Shown: one piece after another, positions 1-8,803 of the stretch | Layout of the letters: every line of letters begins with the position of its first letter | Numbering within the stretch: position 1 is the first letter of the stretch | DNA from: a virus | Lineage: Duplodnaviria; Caudoviricetes | IMG/VR virus record: IMGVR_UViG_3300002835_000001 | Span: 128,001-192,000 of that record | Length of the DNA: 64,000 nucleotides | Direction: 5' to 3' (one strand) | Position numbers and translations under genes: made by a program | Notes under the pieces: model-generated | Told to the model about the DNA's origin: nothing | Database searches by the model: none | Seen by the model: only the letters and a program-made list of their open reading frames with translations

Positions 1-340
1 CTTTAAGTTTTTCTAACGATTCTTTCTTAAATAATTCTTGTAATTCTTTTACTTTTTGTTGGAATAACTTTTGTTTTTCCTCTTCATCTCTATTGATTTG
101 CAAAATCTCTAAAGCACATGCAAATACAACGTCGTAACCATCTTGGGTTCCGTTAGAAATTAAAGACAATAATGTAAACTTTTCGTTCTTATCTTGTATT
201 TTAATTTTGATTGAACGATATGGTTTTATGATGTCTTCATATCTCCACGTCAATGGTAATTTTATATCCAAACTAACATTCCCTTCAATCTCTCTTAAAG
301 AATGAAAATGAGGTCTTAATGATTTTATACTTTGAAACAC
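1..340 (-). CDS. Hypothetical protein, partial (runs off left edge; GTG start at 340; C-terminal coiled coil)
   Basis: Manual translation from GTG at 340: MFQSIKSLRPHFHSLREIEGNVSLDIKLPLTW...EEEKQKLFQQKVKELQELFKKESLEKLK, open to position 1; not in the ORF track. Confidence 0.7.
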   Translation of the reverse strand, partial: MFQSIKSLRPHFHSLREIEGNVSLDIKLPLTWRYEDIIKPYRSIKIKIQDKNEKFTLLSLISNGTQDGYDVVFACALEILQINRDEEEKQKLFQQKVKELQELFKKESLEKLK

Positions 341-344
341 GTTT

Positions 345-524
345 TTAAATTAATATATAGGTTATGATATATGATATCGATAGTAATAGTGAAATGTTTT
401 CCACCTTACCTAACGTCATAGGTTGCGGATTGTCCTGAGTAAGTTTCATCACAAACTCTAAAATTACTCTTAACGAGTAAAGTATACTCAATACAAATAA
501 AAATAATTTAATTTGCTCCATCAT
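345..524 (-). CDS. Small 59-aa two-helix membrane protein
   Basis: Manual translation MMEQIKLFLFVLSILYSLRVILEFVMKLTQDNPQPMTLGKVENISLLLSISYIITYILI*; fills the gap between neighbours, start overlaps end of upstream gene; two hydrophobic stretches. Confidence 0.7.
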   Translation of the reverse strand: MMEQIKLFLFVLSILYSLRVILEFVMKLTQDNPQPMTLGKVENISLLLSISYIITYILI

Positions 525-696
525 GTTTTTTCATTTCATCTAGTATGTCCTTACGATACACCGCAATAAGGAGTTTTATTTCTTGTGCATATTTTCTTGC
601 TCTAATTGATGCACTTCGATTTCCTTTATCGTATACTTTTTGAGTATCGACTGACATTTTCTCAACTAGATCTTTAATTTTAGTTAAAGTCTGCAT
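508..696 (-). CDS. Histone H1-like (Hc1-family) nucleoid protein; start revised to ATG at 696
   Basis: KGNRSASIRARKYAQEIK...YRK resembles the KGNKAAGxRARK core of Hc1/Bacteroidota histone-H1-like proteins; promoter-like CGTATATTG just upstream of 696. Confidence 0.7.
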   Translation of the reverse strand: MQTLTKIKDLVEKMSVDTQKVYDKGNRSASIRARKYAQEIKLLIAVYRKDILDEMKKHDGAN

Positions 697-735
697 AATA
701 ATTTCAGTTTTTAATATCAATATACGGGAAAAAAT

Positions 736-1191
736 CTACTTTTTCAAGTTTTGTTCAAATAATTTATAAATTTCGGTTAACATATCCAATTCAGATCTGG
801 TCTTCCTATATCTGAAGTTGAATAACTTATCAAAATACTCATAAATTCTAACGGGATGTTCATCTAATTTATTAAAATAGTATGCTTCAAGGAAGAAATT
901 CCAAAAATATTCATAATAATTACCCCTCTCTTTGAAGTATATTTTCTCTTTATTGAAACTATCTATTGTTCTGTCCCAACACCATGTGAAGTGGTTTCTT
1001 TGGTCTTGCTCTAATTCTGTAACGTCGGCTCCCATGAATGTTTGGTCAACTAACACGTATAAAGACACAAGAAAGTCGTGAAAAAGTTCTGTTTTCTCAC
1101 GACTTATATTGTAGGCTCGGTGCCAAATATCTATTTGATGTTTATAACTCTCAGATGAGACAAACTCTAAATAACCTTCTCTATTCTCCAT
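736..1191 (-). CDS. Hypothetical protein (151 aa, aromatic-rich)
   Basis: ORF track; fits strand and spacing; no recognisable motif. Confidence 0.75.
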   Translation of the reverse strand: MENREGYLEFVSSESYKHQIDIWHRAYNISREKTELFHDFLVSLYVLVDQTFMGADVTELEQDQRNHFTWCWDRTIDSFNKEKIYFKERGNYYEYFWNFFLEAYYFNKLDEHPVRIYEYFDKLFNFRYRKTRSELDMLTEIYKLFEQNLKK

Positions 1192-1240
1192 AATCCTAAC
1201 TTATTAAAATATAAGGATAAAAGAAAATAAAACGAAGATA

Positions 1241-2389
1241 TTATTGAGTTTTTTCGTTATAATTTGTAAGTTTTTTCATTTTTCTCATTTCCTCTAAAAG
1301 GATTGGATCAATACTTACTTTAGACTCGTTAACAGATTTAACTGGTTGCGGTTCTTTCTTATACAACGGTTCAGCTTTTTTATCTTCTGATTTTCTTTTA
1401 ACTTCCTTTTCTAATTTTTTTGGTAAATCTGTTTTAACAACATTTGCAACATCATCACTACTATTACCCATTAATCTGTCACCATCTAATGACATTTTCA
1501 ATCTTTTCTTGAATTGTTCAGATGGTTCGTTATCGTATTCTAAATTCTCTAATCCACGTCCTCTTTGGTCTGCAACAAATTCGTCTTCTTTTTCTGTGTT
1601 GTTTACTTTAACACTTTCACCTTCTTTGTTTTGTTCAGGAAATTTGTTGTTATTGTTACCAGGGATTGATAAGTAATCTTTCATTTTCTTATCGACATCT
1701 GATAAATATGAATTATTTTCTACCCCACTTTCTTTACGTGATTTTTTAGCCGCATCTAAACCTGGAACTGATTCATTAACCATTTTAGCGATTAGGTTGA
1801 TTAGTTCAGATTCAGTTAAACGTAATGTTTTCTTTTTAGATTCGTACATTCCTGAACCACATTCACATATCTCTTTACCACATTCTTCACATGTTCCTTC
1901 GTCAACATCTTCCATAGTTGGTCCATCACATCCTTCACATTGTTCTTCTTCTCTCATTTCTTCTTCTTCCATTTGACTCCAACATTCCTCAACATCATGT
2001 TCTTCTCCGTCAACCGTAAATGATTTTTCACCTTTTTCTTTGGCATCTAACATTGCTTTAACGAATGCGTTACCTTCCATTGGTTCTTGATTTTTCATAT
2101 TTGTATTTTCTTTTTCTTCTAATTCTTGTCCCATTTGGTCTAATTTTTCAATCATATCCGCATGAGATTCGTATACTTTTTTATCAATTAACAATTCCTT
2201 TTTAGAATCATTGTTATCTTGTATATATTTTTCAGCTTCTTCCTGTGTGTCAAAAGAATCTATAGGTTCTCCTTCACATGTTACGTGATATACTTCCTTT
2301 TTATCGCCTAATGATTCCCTAATAATGGTTTTTCTTACCTCTTGGGAAACCACACTTTCTATAATTTGTGTTAGTTCGCTTATTCTCAT
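1241..2389 (-). CDS. Acidic Glu-rich protein, candidate head-internal/scaffold protein
   Basis: 382 aa, very E/K-rich, many (I/L/V)-x-E motifs (IIES, IRES, LTES, VNES), Cys cluster CEGCDG..CEECGKEICEC; late-type motif GATATTTAT upstream. Confidence 0.6.
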   Translation of the reverse strand: MRISELTQIIESVVSQEVRKTIIRESLGDKKEVYHVTCEGEPIDSFDTQEEAEKYIQDNNDSKKELLIDKKVYESHADMIEKLDQMGQELEEKENTNMKNQEPMEGNAFVKAMLDAKEKGEKSFTVDGEEHDVEECWSQMEEEEMREEEQCEGCDGPTMEDVDEGTCEECGKEICECGSGMYESKKKTLRLTESELINLIAKMVNESVPGLDAAKKSRKESGVENNSYLSDVDKKMKDYLSIPGNNNNKFPEQNKEGESVKVNNTEKEDEFVADQRGRGLENLEYDNEPSEQFKKRLKMSLDGDRLMGNSSDDVANVVKTDLPKKLEKEVKRKSEDKKAEPLYKKEPQPVKSVNESKVSIDPILLEEMRKMKKLTNYNEKTQ

Positions 2390-2390
2390 A

Positions 2391-3329
2391 CTAAATAAAT
2401 ATCTTAGTTATCTCATTTAATACAATTTTTTCCATTTCCTTGTATGGAATACCGAATTTTTTTGATGTTTCGGTAATTGCATGTTTTATTTCTTGGTCTT
2501 CTTTAATGAATTCTAATGCTCCTGTGTTCCCTTGGTTACAATATGGGAACTTTTTACACTTATCTTTAACCTTTACAAACACACTATCAGGTCCTCCCCA
2601 CTTTGGAAAATTCTTATCTTTTACCGCCCTACCTTTATAGATACTATCGGGACCATCGATTTTTAATGGGTTTTTACGTCCACCCTTGGTTGTTTTACCA
2701 AAAGCCGGTACATCATATGAACCAGATGAACTAGCGTCGGTAGCCTCTTTAAACTCGATATCCTGCTCTTCAGTTAATTTAGCGTTGTTTATTTTATGTA
2801 TTTCTCTTTTAATCATTGGACTAAACGCATTTCCTTCGTATGAACCAGATGATGACGCTCCTGTTTGTTCTTTCGTTTCCTTTTTTGGTTCGATACCTTT
2901 AATAACTTCCTCAGTTATATCCTCACCAATTTCACCTATAAAAACCTTAGGATTAACACCCATTGCCGCCGCAGTACATAATCTTGTGTTACCAGCAATA
3001 AGAATATATCTTTCACCCATTTTTAGAATTAATGGTCGATTATATTCACCTGATTTTATTGCCCTTATTAACTTCTTTGGGTTTGTCTTTTTATACATTT
3101 TTGCAATATCATTAACTGCCTCAAAGTCACCCTTCTCTATTTCGTTTGATTCTGTATTCTCCAATTTAAGCCAAACATCATCTGTAAGTGTCTGTTCCTT
3201 CAACCCATCGAAAGAGCTCACGAGTTCCTCCACAGAAATATCGATTTTCTCCTTTCTTCTTAAATCTTGTGATGTTCTTTGAAACTCCTCCATTTCACCC
3301 CCAATATCAGGTTTAATTACTTTTTCCAT
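2391..3329 (-). CDS. ParB/Sulfiredoxin-like domain protein with acidic C-terminal region
   Basis: RPLILKMGERYILIAGNTRLCTAAAMG matches the ParB/Srx pattern P-I-x-V...Y-x-I-x-x-G-x-x-R; duplicated ASSSGSY motif downstream. Confidence 0.6.
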   Translation of the reverse strand: MEKVIKPDIGGEMEEFQRTSQDLRRKEKIDISVEELVSSFDGLKEQTLTDDVWLKLENTESNEIEKGDFEAVNDIAKMYKKTNPKKLIRAIKSGEYNRPLILKMGERYILIAGNTRLCTAAAMGVNPKVFIGEIGEDITEEVIKGIEPKKETKEQTGASSSGSYEGNAFSPMIKREIHKINNAKLTEEQDIEFKEATDASSSGSYDVPAFGKTTKGGRKNPLKIDGPDSIYKGRAVKDKNFPKWGGPDSVFVKVKDKCKKFPYCNQGNTGALEFIKEDQEIKHAITETSKKFGIPYKEMEKIVLNEITKIFI

Positions 3330-3571
3330 TATCTACTAACGTTTTTTAATGCACCTTCCCAAAATGACTTTCTTTGCCATAATGTTTTAAATAACTCAAC
3401 AACGACTTTAGTTGATAAATCGATTATCTTATCATCAATCTTTTTTGTTCCCAACTCATCTTGAATGGTTTTTATAACCATTTTATGGATTTGAGTACTA
3501 TTCATAAAATCTCTAATCTCTTTTTTAGTGATTTTTTCGATTTCTCTTTTATCTTGTTCACTAAGTGCCAT
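3329..3571 (-). CDS. Hypothetical protein (80 aa)
   Basis: ORF track; TAATG stop/start overlaps with both neighbours. Confidence 0.75.
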   Translation of the reverse strand: MALSEQDKREIEKITKKEIRDFMNSTQIHKMVIKTIQDELGTKKIDDKIIDLSTKVVVELFKTLWQRKSFWEGALKNVSR

Positions 3572-4077
3572 TATATATTATTATCTCTTTGTGTTATCAT
3601 TGGTTCCATGGTGGTTTTGTAAGTTTCTTCAAACTTTACTAATTTCTCCATAACGACCAAAGTCTCAGCTTCAATTTTTAACATTTCAGCATTTACATAA
3701 ACACCACTCTCTTCACCCGCAATGAACACAAAACTAATATCTCCATCAGTTAATTTACCATCCAATCTAATTTGTCTTTCACTTATTGTCATTCCCGGAT
3801 CAAATTCAACAATTTGAGAAACTTGTTGTCTAAAATTATCAATTAAACCAGATATTGCAGTTTTTTGTTCGTCTTGTAGTCCCATATCCGACTCATCAGT
3901 TGATAACATTTTAACGTCAACATCATTGATTACAATAACATCATCGTTAATTTCACGTTCTTGTTCAGGTGTTTGTGGTTCTTCCTGTTCTCTTAGAGTT
4001 CTACTTAATGTCTTAGCCTCACTAATATTTCTAATAGTGTTTAACATCTTCTTGGTAAAATCGTAATCATTTCTCAT
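3571..4077 (-). CDS. Hypothetical acidic protein (168 aa)
   Basis: ORF track; coupled to neighbours; LREQEE motif. Confidence 0.75.
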   Translation of the reverse strand: MRNDYDFTKKMLNTIRNISEAKTLSRTLREQEEPQTPEQEREINDDVIVINDVDVKMLSTDESDMGLQDEQKTAISGLIDNFRQQVSQIVEFDPGMTISERQIRLDGKLTDGDISFVFIAGEESGVYVNAEMLKIEAETLVVMEKLVKFEETYKTTMEPMITQRDNNI

Positions 4078-4681
4078 TTTCGTGTGTATTGTTAAAAAAG
4101 ACCCTAAAATTAAATGAAGGGTTTATATCTGTATAAATACTTGAAAAGTTGGATTTACATATAATTCCCTTGAAATTTGATATATTTTCTAAGTATCCTT
4201 GTGATGGTACGGTTTGTTTGAATATCCCATGTTCGTCACATAATTTTTCACATAATTTTGCAACAGCTTTCATCTGGTCTTCTCCGTATTTGTCCCAAAA
4301 ATAATAATTCCTCCAATTACGAATGTATGGTTCGGACCTATATGGGTCGCCAATCCAATTATTAAGGATGCCAGTGATAGTATTTTTAGAAAGCCAACCC
4401 AAGTTCTCGATTGCAATTTTAATCATCTTATTGTCAATCTTTGGGTTTCCAAAAGTTTCGGATGATTGGTTAGTATCGAATAATTGATAAACATCACCCA
4501 TCTTAGAAACAACAAAATGGGGTATATCTTCATACATCCCATTTTTACGATACTTTATCATATTGATAAAATCGTCAACTCTTCTTTGTGTGTCGTATAG
4601 TAATATTTGTGTTTTCTTAGACTTTCTTCGACTGACGTTTAGATTTTTATTATTAATAGTTTCAATTTCATATATCGACAT
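4067..4681 (-). CDS. N-acetylmuramoyl-L-alanine amidase (Amidase_2/PGRP)-fold protein, probably non-catalytic
   Basis: Pattern QILLYDT...PHFVVSKMGDVYQL...IAIENLG...EDQMKAVAKLCEKLCDEHGI...TDINP follows the amidase_2 layout; expected Zn-ligand histidines absent. Confidence 0.65.
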   Translation of the reverse strand: MSIYEIETINNKNLNVSRRKSKKTQILLYDTQRRVDDFINMIKYRKNGMYEDIPHFVVSKMGDVYQLFDTNQSSETFGNPKIDNKMIKIAIENLGWLSKNTITGILNNWIGDPYRSEPYIRNWRNYYFWDKYGEDQMKAVAKLCEKLCDEHGIFKQTVPSQGYLENISNFKGIICKSNFSSIYTDINPSFNFRVFFNNTHENEK

Positions 4682-4691
4682 TGTTCCACAT

Positions 4692-4946
4692 TTAATTAGT
4701 GTTATTGTTTACCTCATCGTCTGAATTTGGTATAATAACTTTATTATTTTCCAAATCGTAAATCACTTGATTTGGGTTTATTTCATCCTTTTCCAAATAT
4801 AATTCCTCATCATATTGTTTAATATTCTTTCTTTTATTCGGTCCGTGTCCGTAATAAAAAGGAATATGTGTTCCTATATTTGAAAACCCAAGGTTACTCG
4901 ATGATTGGGTTAAATTTAATTCCTGTGTTTGGGGTTCTGATTCTAC
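4692..4946 (-). other. 84-codon -1-frame extension of the upstream membrane-protein gene (frameshift product or homopolymer error)
   Basis: After GAA AAA AAA AAG TAG the -1 frame is open from GTA (4946) to TAA (4694-4692), contains no ATG and is closed by TGA codons just before the A10 run. Confidence 0.6.
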
Positions 4947-6400
4947 TTTTTTTTTTCATCATCAGAATCAGATGATGTGTTTTGGTCAATTGCGTCGTTA
5001 ACCACTTTTAACATTACATCAATCTCTTTAATTTCTGACTGATAAACAGGTTCGTCGGTTGACTCTTCGGGTGTCACAGATGGGTTGGGTACTTGTTCTT
5101 CCCAATAACGTTTTTCCATTTCTTCATCCCATCCATCTTCTATCGATTCTTGATTAAACTCATTAATTGCCTCGGTTAAATAATTCTCATTTTGGAAAAT
5201 ATTCTCCGTATTTGGTGTTATAGTGGAAAAATTTTCCTGAATTTCTTCTTCTGTTGGTTCTTCTTGTAAAATTTTCTCTACTTCTTCTTCAGTAAAGAAT
5301 GGTTCCTCATCCTCTAATCCGTCCATTAATGTTCCGTCCCAATGAGAGATATCATCGTCCAAATCATACCTCTCTCCAAATGGTGCGACTGACTCCATTT
5401 CTTTTTTAAACGCATATTCAACCTCTTTAATTAATTCGTCATCAAATGGTTCATCATATAATCCCAACTCTTGGTCGTTCTTCATAATTTCAGATAATAA
5501 CTCTCCCCTTCGTTTATATTCCTCAGCTGCCGATTTTAATTTTTCGTTTGGTTCCGTTTTGTTTAGTAACGCATCTTCTAATATTTTTAAATCATTTTCT
5601 GATAAATGCACTCTTGTGGTTTCATCAACAAAGTTTTTTAAATCTTCGGGTGTTGATTCATCATCTTTACCTCTCATAACCAATTGATTAAATGCGATAA
5701 TCAGAGCAATTGCCAATGGGTCAAATACAATTACAATTAAAATGATAAAAAATTTAACGACACTGTTTAATTCAACACCAAACGCCTCAGCAACAAATCT
5801 AAACCCCCCAACTTCCTTTTCAAGTCCTAAGTTTTCAGTTTTAATTTTATTAATCTCATCATTTTCTTTTGCGTTATCTTGTTGTAATAAAGATATGTTG
5901 TCATTAAGTTTTGCAATTTGTTTATCTCTATTATCTATTGAACGGAGTAAACGTGAATTAACTTTACCACCATCAATAATCTTACCTTGATTAGAATTAA
6001 ATTCCGTAATTTGTGTTGATAGTTGTTTTATTTGTGCTTCGTTCTGTTGAATCTTTGTTGTGTGAATTAATAATTCTCTATCGACTTGTTGTAATGCAAG
6101 ATTTTGTTGTTGAAACGCATTTGAAAGATATCCAAAAATCCCCGCCGATGTGATTAACATTAAAATTCCCACAGAAAATGATAGGTACCATTTATTGAAT
6201 CCTTTTATCTCATTCCATTTTTGTTTTAAATAAGTTGCCGAAACAATTTTCGCCAATTCTAAAGAACTTGCCATAACCATAACTGCAACCGCAGCACCAC
6301 TAAATAGTACCCCCAATCCAGTTACTGAAAAATATGCAGCACTACCCGCAATTAAAATTGCCGATAATGCCACTAAGTATTTTAACCAATTTTTTTCCAT
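4943..6400 (-). CDS. Multi-pass membrane protein with periplasmic coiled coil and long acidic tail
   Basis: N-terminal hydrophobic helices (aa ~5-95), Q/N/K-rich coiled coil, hydrophobic FFIILIVIVFDPLAIALIIA, then D/E-rich tail. Confidence 0.8.
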   Translation of the reverse strand: MEKNWLKYLVALSAILIAGSAAYFSVTGLGVLFSGAAVAVMVMASSLELAKIVSATYLKQKWNEIKGFNKWYLSFSVGILMLITSAGIFGYLSNAFQQQNLALQQVDRELLIHTTKIQQNEAQIKQLSTQITEFNSNQGKIIDGGKVNSRLLRSIDNRDKQIAKLNDNISLLQQDNAKENDEINKIKTENLGLEKEVGGFRFVAEAFGVELNSVVKFFIILIVIVFDPLAIALIIAFNQLVMRGKDDESTPEDLKNFVDETTRVHLSENDLKILEDALLNKTEPNEKLKSAAEEYKRRGELLSEIMKNDQELGLYDEPFDDELIKEVEYAFKKEMESVAPFGERYDLDDDISHWDGTLMDGLEDEEPFFTEEEVEKILQEEPTEEEIQENFSTITPNTENIFQNENYLTEAINEFNQESIEDGWDEEMEKRYWEEQVPNPSVTPEESTDEPVYQSEIKEIDVMLKVVNDAIDQNTSSDSDDEKKK

Positions 6401-6401
6401 A

Positions 6402-7211
6402 TTACAAATAATTTAAGAGACTAAAGCTCTCGTTTCTTAATTTTTTAATTGCCTTATCACGTAGTTGTCTAATACGTTCTTTAGTACAACCAAACTCCTC
6501 ACCTAAATCTTCTAAGTTAGACTCAATTCCTGTTAATCCATAATATCTTTCAATAATTACTTTCTCTCTGTCATCTAACACACTTAACATCGCAGCAACC
6601 TTTTTCTTAATTTCTTCCGGTGTATTCATTAACTCTTCTGGATTCAACGCGTCTTTGTTTGGGATTACGTCAATTAGTTGGTCTCCCTCATCATTAATTT
6701 GTTTATAAAGACCAACACAATATGGTAGGTTAGAAATGGGTTCATCTCCCGTAGAAATAAAAAACTTATCTTCATTTCTAGATCCTTCCTCTTTTCTTGC
6801 CTTTTGAGCTTCTTGGATTAAATTAGATGGAATACGAATTGTTCTTGAATTCTCGTTAAGAGATGCCATGATAGATTGTCTAATCCACCACACAGCATAT
6901 GATATAAATCTCAACCCACTTGTTGGGTCAAATCGTTCAGCTGCTTTAATTAAACCAATATTACCTTCCGAAATTAAATCAAGTAAATCCATACCTTGAT
7001 TTTGAAACATCTTCGCAGATGAAATAACAAACCTTAAATTACTTACAACAAGTTCGTCATATAATTTTGTTTTCTCCTCTTTGGTAATTTTTTTATTCTT
7101 TAATAACTCAAAGATTTCATCTTGTCTTTCGTGTGTCATAACAGGAATCTTACGGATGTCCTTGATGTAACTTTGAATTTCGTCGGGATTTAGAATGATA
7201 GACTTTTTCAT
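6402..7211 (-). CDS. Phage-encoded sigma-70 family RNA polymerase sigma factor (RpoD/RpoH-like, regions 1.2-4); start revised to ATG at 7211
   Basis: LVVSNLRFVIS, DLISEGNIGLIKAAERFD, RFISYAVWWIRQSI (region 2) and LEDLGEEFGCTKERIRQLRDKAIKKLR (region 4 HTH). Confidence 0.95.
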   Translation of the reverse strand: MKKSIILNPDEIQSYIKDIRKIPVMTHERQDEIFELLKNKKITKEEKTKLYDELVVSNLRFVISSAKMFQNQGMDLLDLISEGNIGLIKAAERFDPTSGLRFISYAVWWIRQSIMASLNENSRTIRIPSNLIQEAQKARKEEGSRNEDKFFISTGDEPISNLPYCVGLYKQINDEGDQLIDVIPNKDALNPEELMNTPEEIKKKVAAMLSVLDDREKVIIERYYGLTGIESNLEDLGEEFGCTKERIRQLRDKAIKKLRNESFSLLNYL

Positions 7212-7260
7212 ACTTGTTGGTTTAAATGGTGATTTGTATGTTAAAGATAAGTAAAATATT

Positions 7261-7713
7261 CTATTTCTCAAAATTATCTAAGAAATTTTTTTCTTCGGGG
7301 GTTAAACTATCAATACCCATCTGTTCTATTTTTTCAAGTAAGTCATCCAAATCCATTGATGGTGACTCAATTCTATTACGATCGTAGTTAATTGTCATGA
7401 TTCCACCCTCTTTGTCCATGGGTTTAAAAATAAATTCTTTCACTTCTTTTGGTAGATGTGCGGTAACTAAACTATCTCTATCGAATATAAAATAAAACTT
7501 GACTTGGTCTACGGATAAAATTGAAAATAACTCAGTTGATATAGTTTTATAATCACTATCTGAGTCAAATATAACAATAATATTTTGTGAATTTTCTATA
7601 ACGTATCTAACACTATCGATTATTGGATTATCACCCAAAACGTCTGAACAAAAATATTCAACATCTTCATGATCGTCGAACATACCAAAAACAAAAAGAA
7701 TATATGTTTTCAT
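7261..7713 (-). CDS. Hypothetical protein with C-terminal DUF6576-like helical motif
   Basis: C-terminus LDDLLEKIEQMGIDSLTPEEKNFLD resembles the D-x-ILDKI...G..SLT-x-EEK-x-x-L motif. Confidence 0.65.
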   Translation of the reverse strand: MKTYILFVFGMFDDHEDVEYFCSDVLGDNPIIDSVRYVIENSQNIIVIFDSDSDYKTISTELFSILSVDQVKFYFIFDRDSLVTAHLPKEVKEFIFKPMDKEGGIMTINYDRNRIESPSMDLDDLLEKIEQMGIDSLTPEEKNFLDNFEK

Positions 7714-7735
7714 ATTGAATAAACTAATATATTGA

Positions 7736-8377
7736 TTATTTTTTTAATTTAAGTTTCCAATAAACCCCTCCATCAACATATGGTGTAAATGTACCACTTG
7801 TTCCATCTAACACTCTATTTGCAACACCCACTCCAACATGAAATATCTTGTCATCTTTTGTTTTAAACAAAATACCTGTACCAATGTGTGATACCACATT
7901 CTCTTTATTAAATCCACCATCTAACCCAAAAAATAGTTGATTCTTCTTAGGTTCTTTAGTGTATATAGTATCTTTCACAATCATACGTTTTACATCGGCA
8001 ATAAATTGTCTATTAACAATACTATTTTTAGATATAGTATCTATAAGTGTAACTGTTCCTTGATTGTTTGGTAATGTTAAAACTTCTTTGTGTTGTACCT
8101 TTGCAAAATGTATTTTTAATATTTCCATGGTGTCTATCTTTTGATAAACAGGAACCTCAACTATTTTTTCAACCTCAACTTCGATAGGTACTTCAACTTC
8201 TACTTCTACTTCAACTAACGAATCAACCGAAATGGTATCATGAACAGCGTAAGGTATTGAATCTACCTTTACTGTTGTTCTGTTAGGCATTATACCCTTT
8301 GGGTTAATAAATTCAATAATCACTATCAATATTAGTAATAGAATTATTGCGTTTGGTATGTTGAATATTTTTTTCAT
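7736..8377 (-). CDS. N-terminally membrane-anchored envelope protein with beta-rich C-terminus (candidate lysis/spanin-like)
   Basis: TM AIILLLILIVIIEFI, VEVEVEVPIEVEVEKIVEVPV stalk, alternating beta-strands ending GGVYWKLKLKK. Confidence 0.6.
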   Translation of the reverse strand: MKKIFNIPNAIILLLILIVIIEFINPKGIMPNRTTVKVDSIPYAVHDTISVDSLVEVEVEVEVPIEVEVEKIVEVPVYQKIDTMEILKIHFAKVQHKEVLTLPNNQGTVTLIDTISKNSIVNRQFIADVKRMIVKDTIYTKEPKKNQLFFGLDGGFNKENVVSHIGTGILFKTKDDKIFHVGVGVANRVLDGTSGTFTPYVDGGVYWKLKLKK

Positions 8378-8803
8378 TTATCTTAATAAAAGTATGGATG
8401 TTGCAATAATCCCAACAAAAGAACCAACTTTATAAAAGAACGTTTTAGTTCTTTGTCCTTTCAATTCTTTTAATAGACTTTCCGATTTTTGTCTTTCTAA
8501 ACCAAATTGTTCATCTTTTTTGTTGATTATCAATTCGAGATTAGAAATCTTTTGGTCTTTAAGTGTGTCTTTTTGTTTAAATAAATTAATTTGTTGGTCT
8601 TTTAAACCAATAACGTTTTTTAATTCAACAATCTCTAATTTTAATCCATCATAACGAAATAAATCTTGAGTGATTAATATTGCTGTTTTTTTTGATATGA
8701 TAACTTTATCAGGATCTGATACTGTAATTTTAGTTGTATCTGTTTGTGAGTAACTGCTCAAGCTCAACATTACCAATAGTGGTAATAGAATTAACTTTTT
8801 CAT
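8378..8803 (-). CDS. Signal-peptide protein with coiled coil and C-terminal hydrophobic helix (candidate Rz1-position spanin-like)
   Basis: MKKLILLPLLVMLSLSSYSQ signal peptide without lipobox Cys; C-terminal VGSFVGIIATSILLLR; overlaps upstream gene by 74 nt in another frame. Confidence 0.6.
   Translation of the reverse strand: MKKLILLPLLVMLSLSSYSQTDTTKITVSDPDKVIISKKTAILITQDLFRYDGLKLEIVELKNVIGLKDQQINLFKQKDTLKDQKISNLELIINKKDEQFGLERQKSESLLKELKGQRTKTFFYKVGSFVGIIATSILLLR

Noticed and set aside
2686-3282. 198-aa + strand ORF
   Set aside because: Fully antisense to a well-supported minus-strand gene; Ser/Phe-rich shadow composition
4943-4945. TAG stop-codon reassignment (as in some Bacteroidota jumbo phages)
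   Set aside because: In-frame read-through gives only 7 more codons before TAA, and all long genes are intact under the standard code
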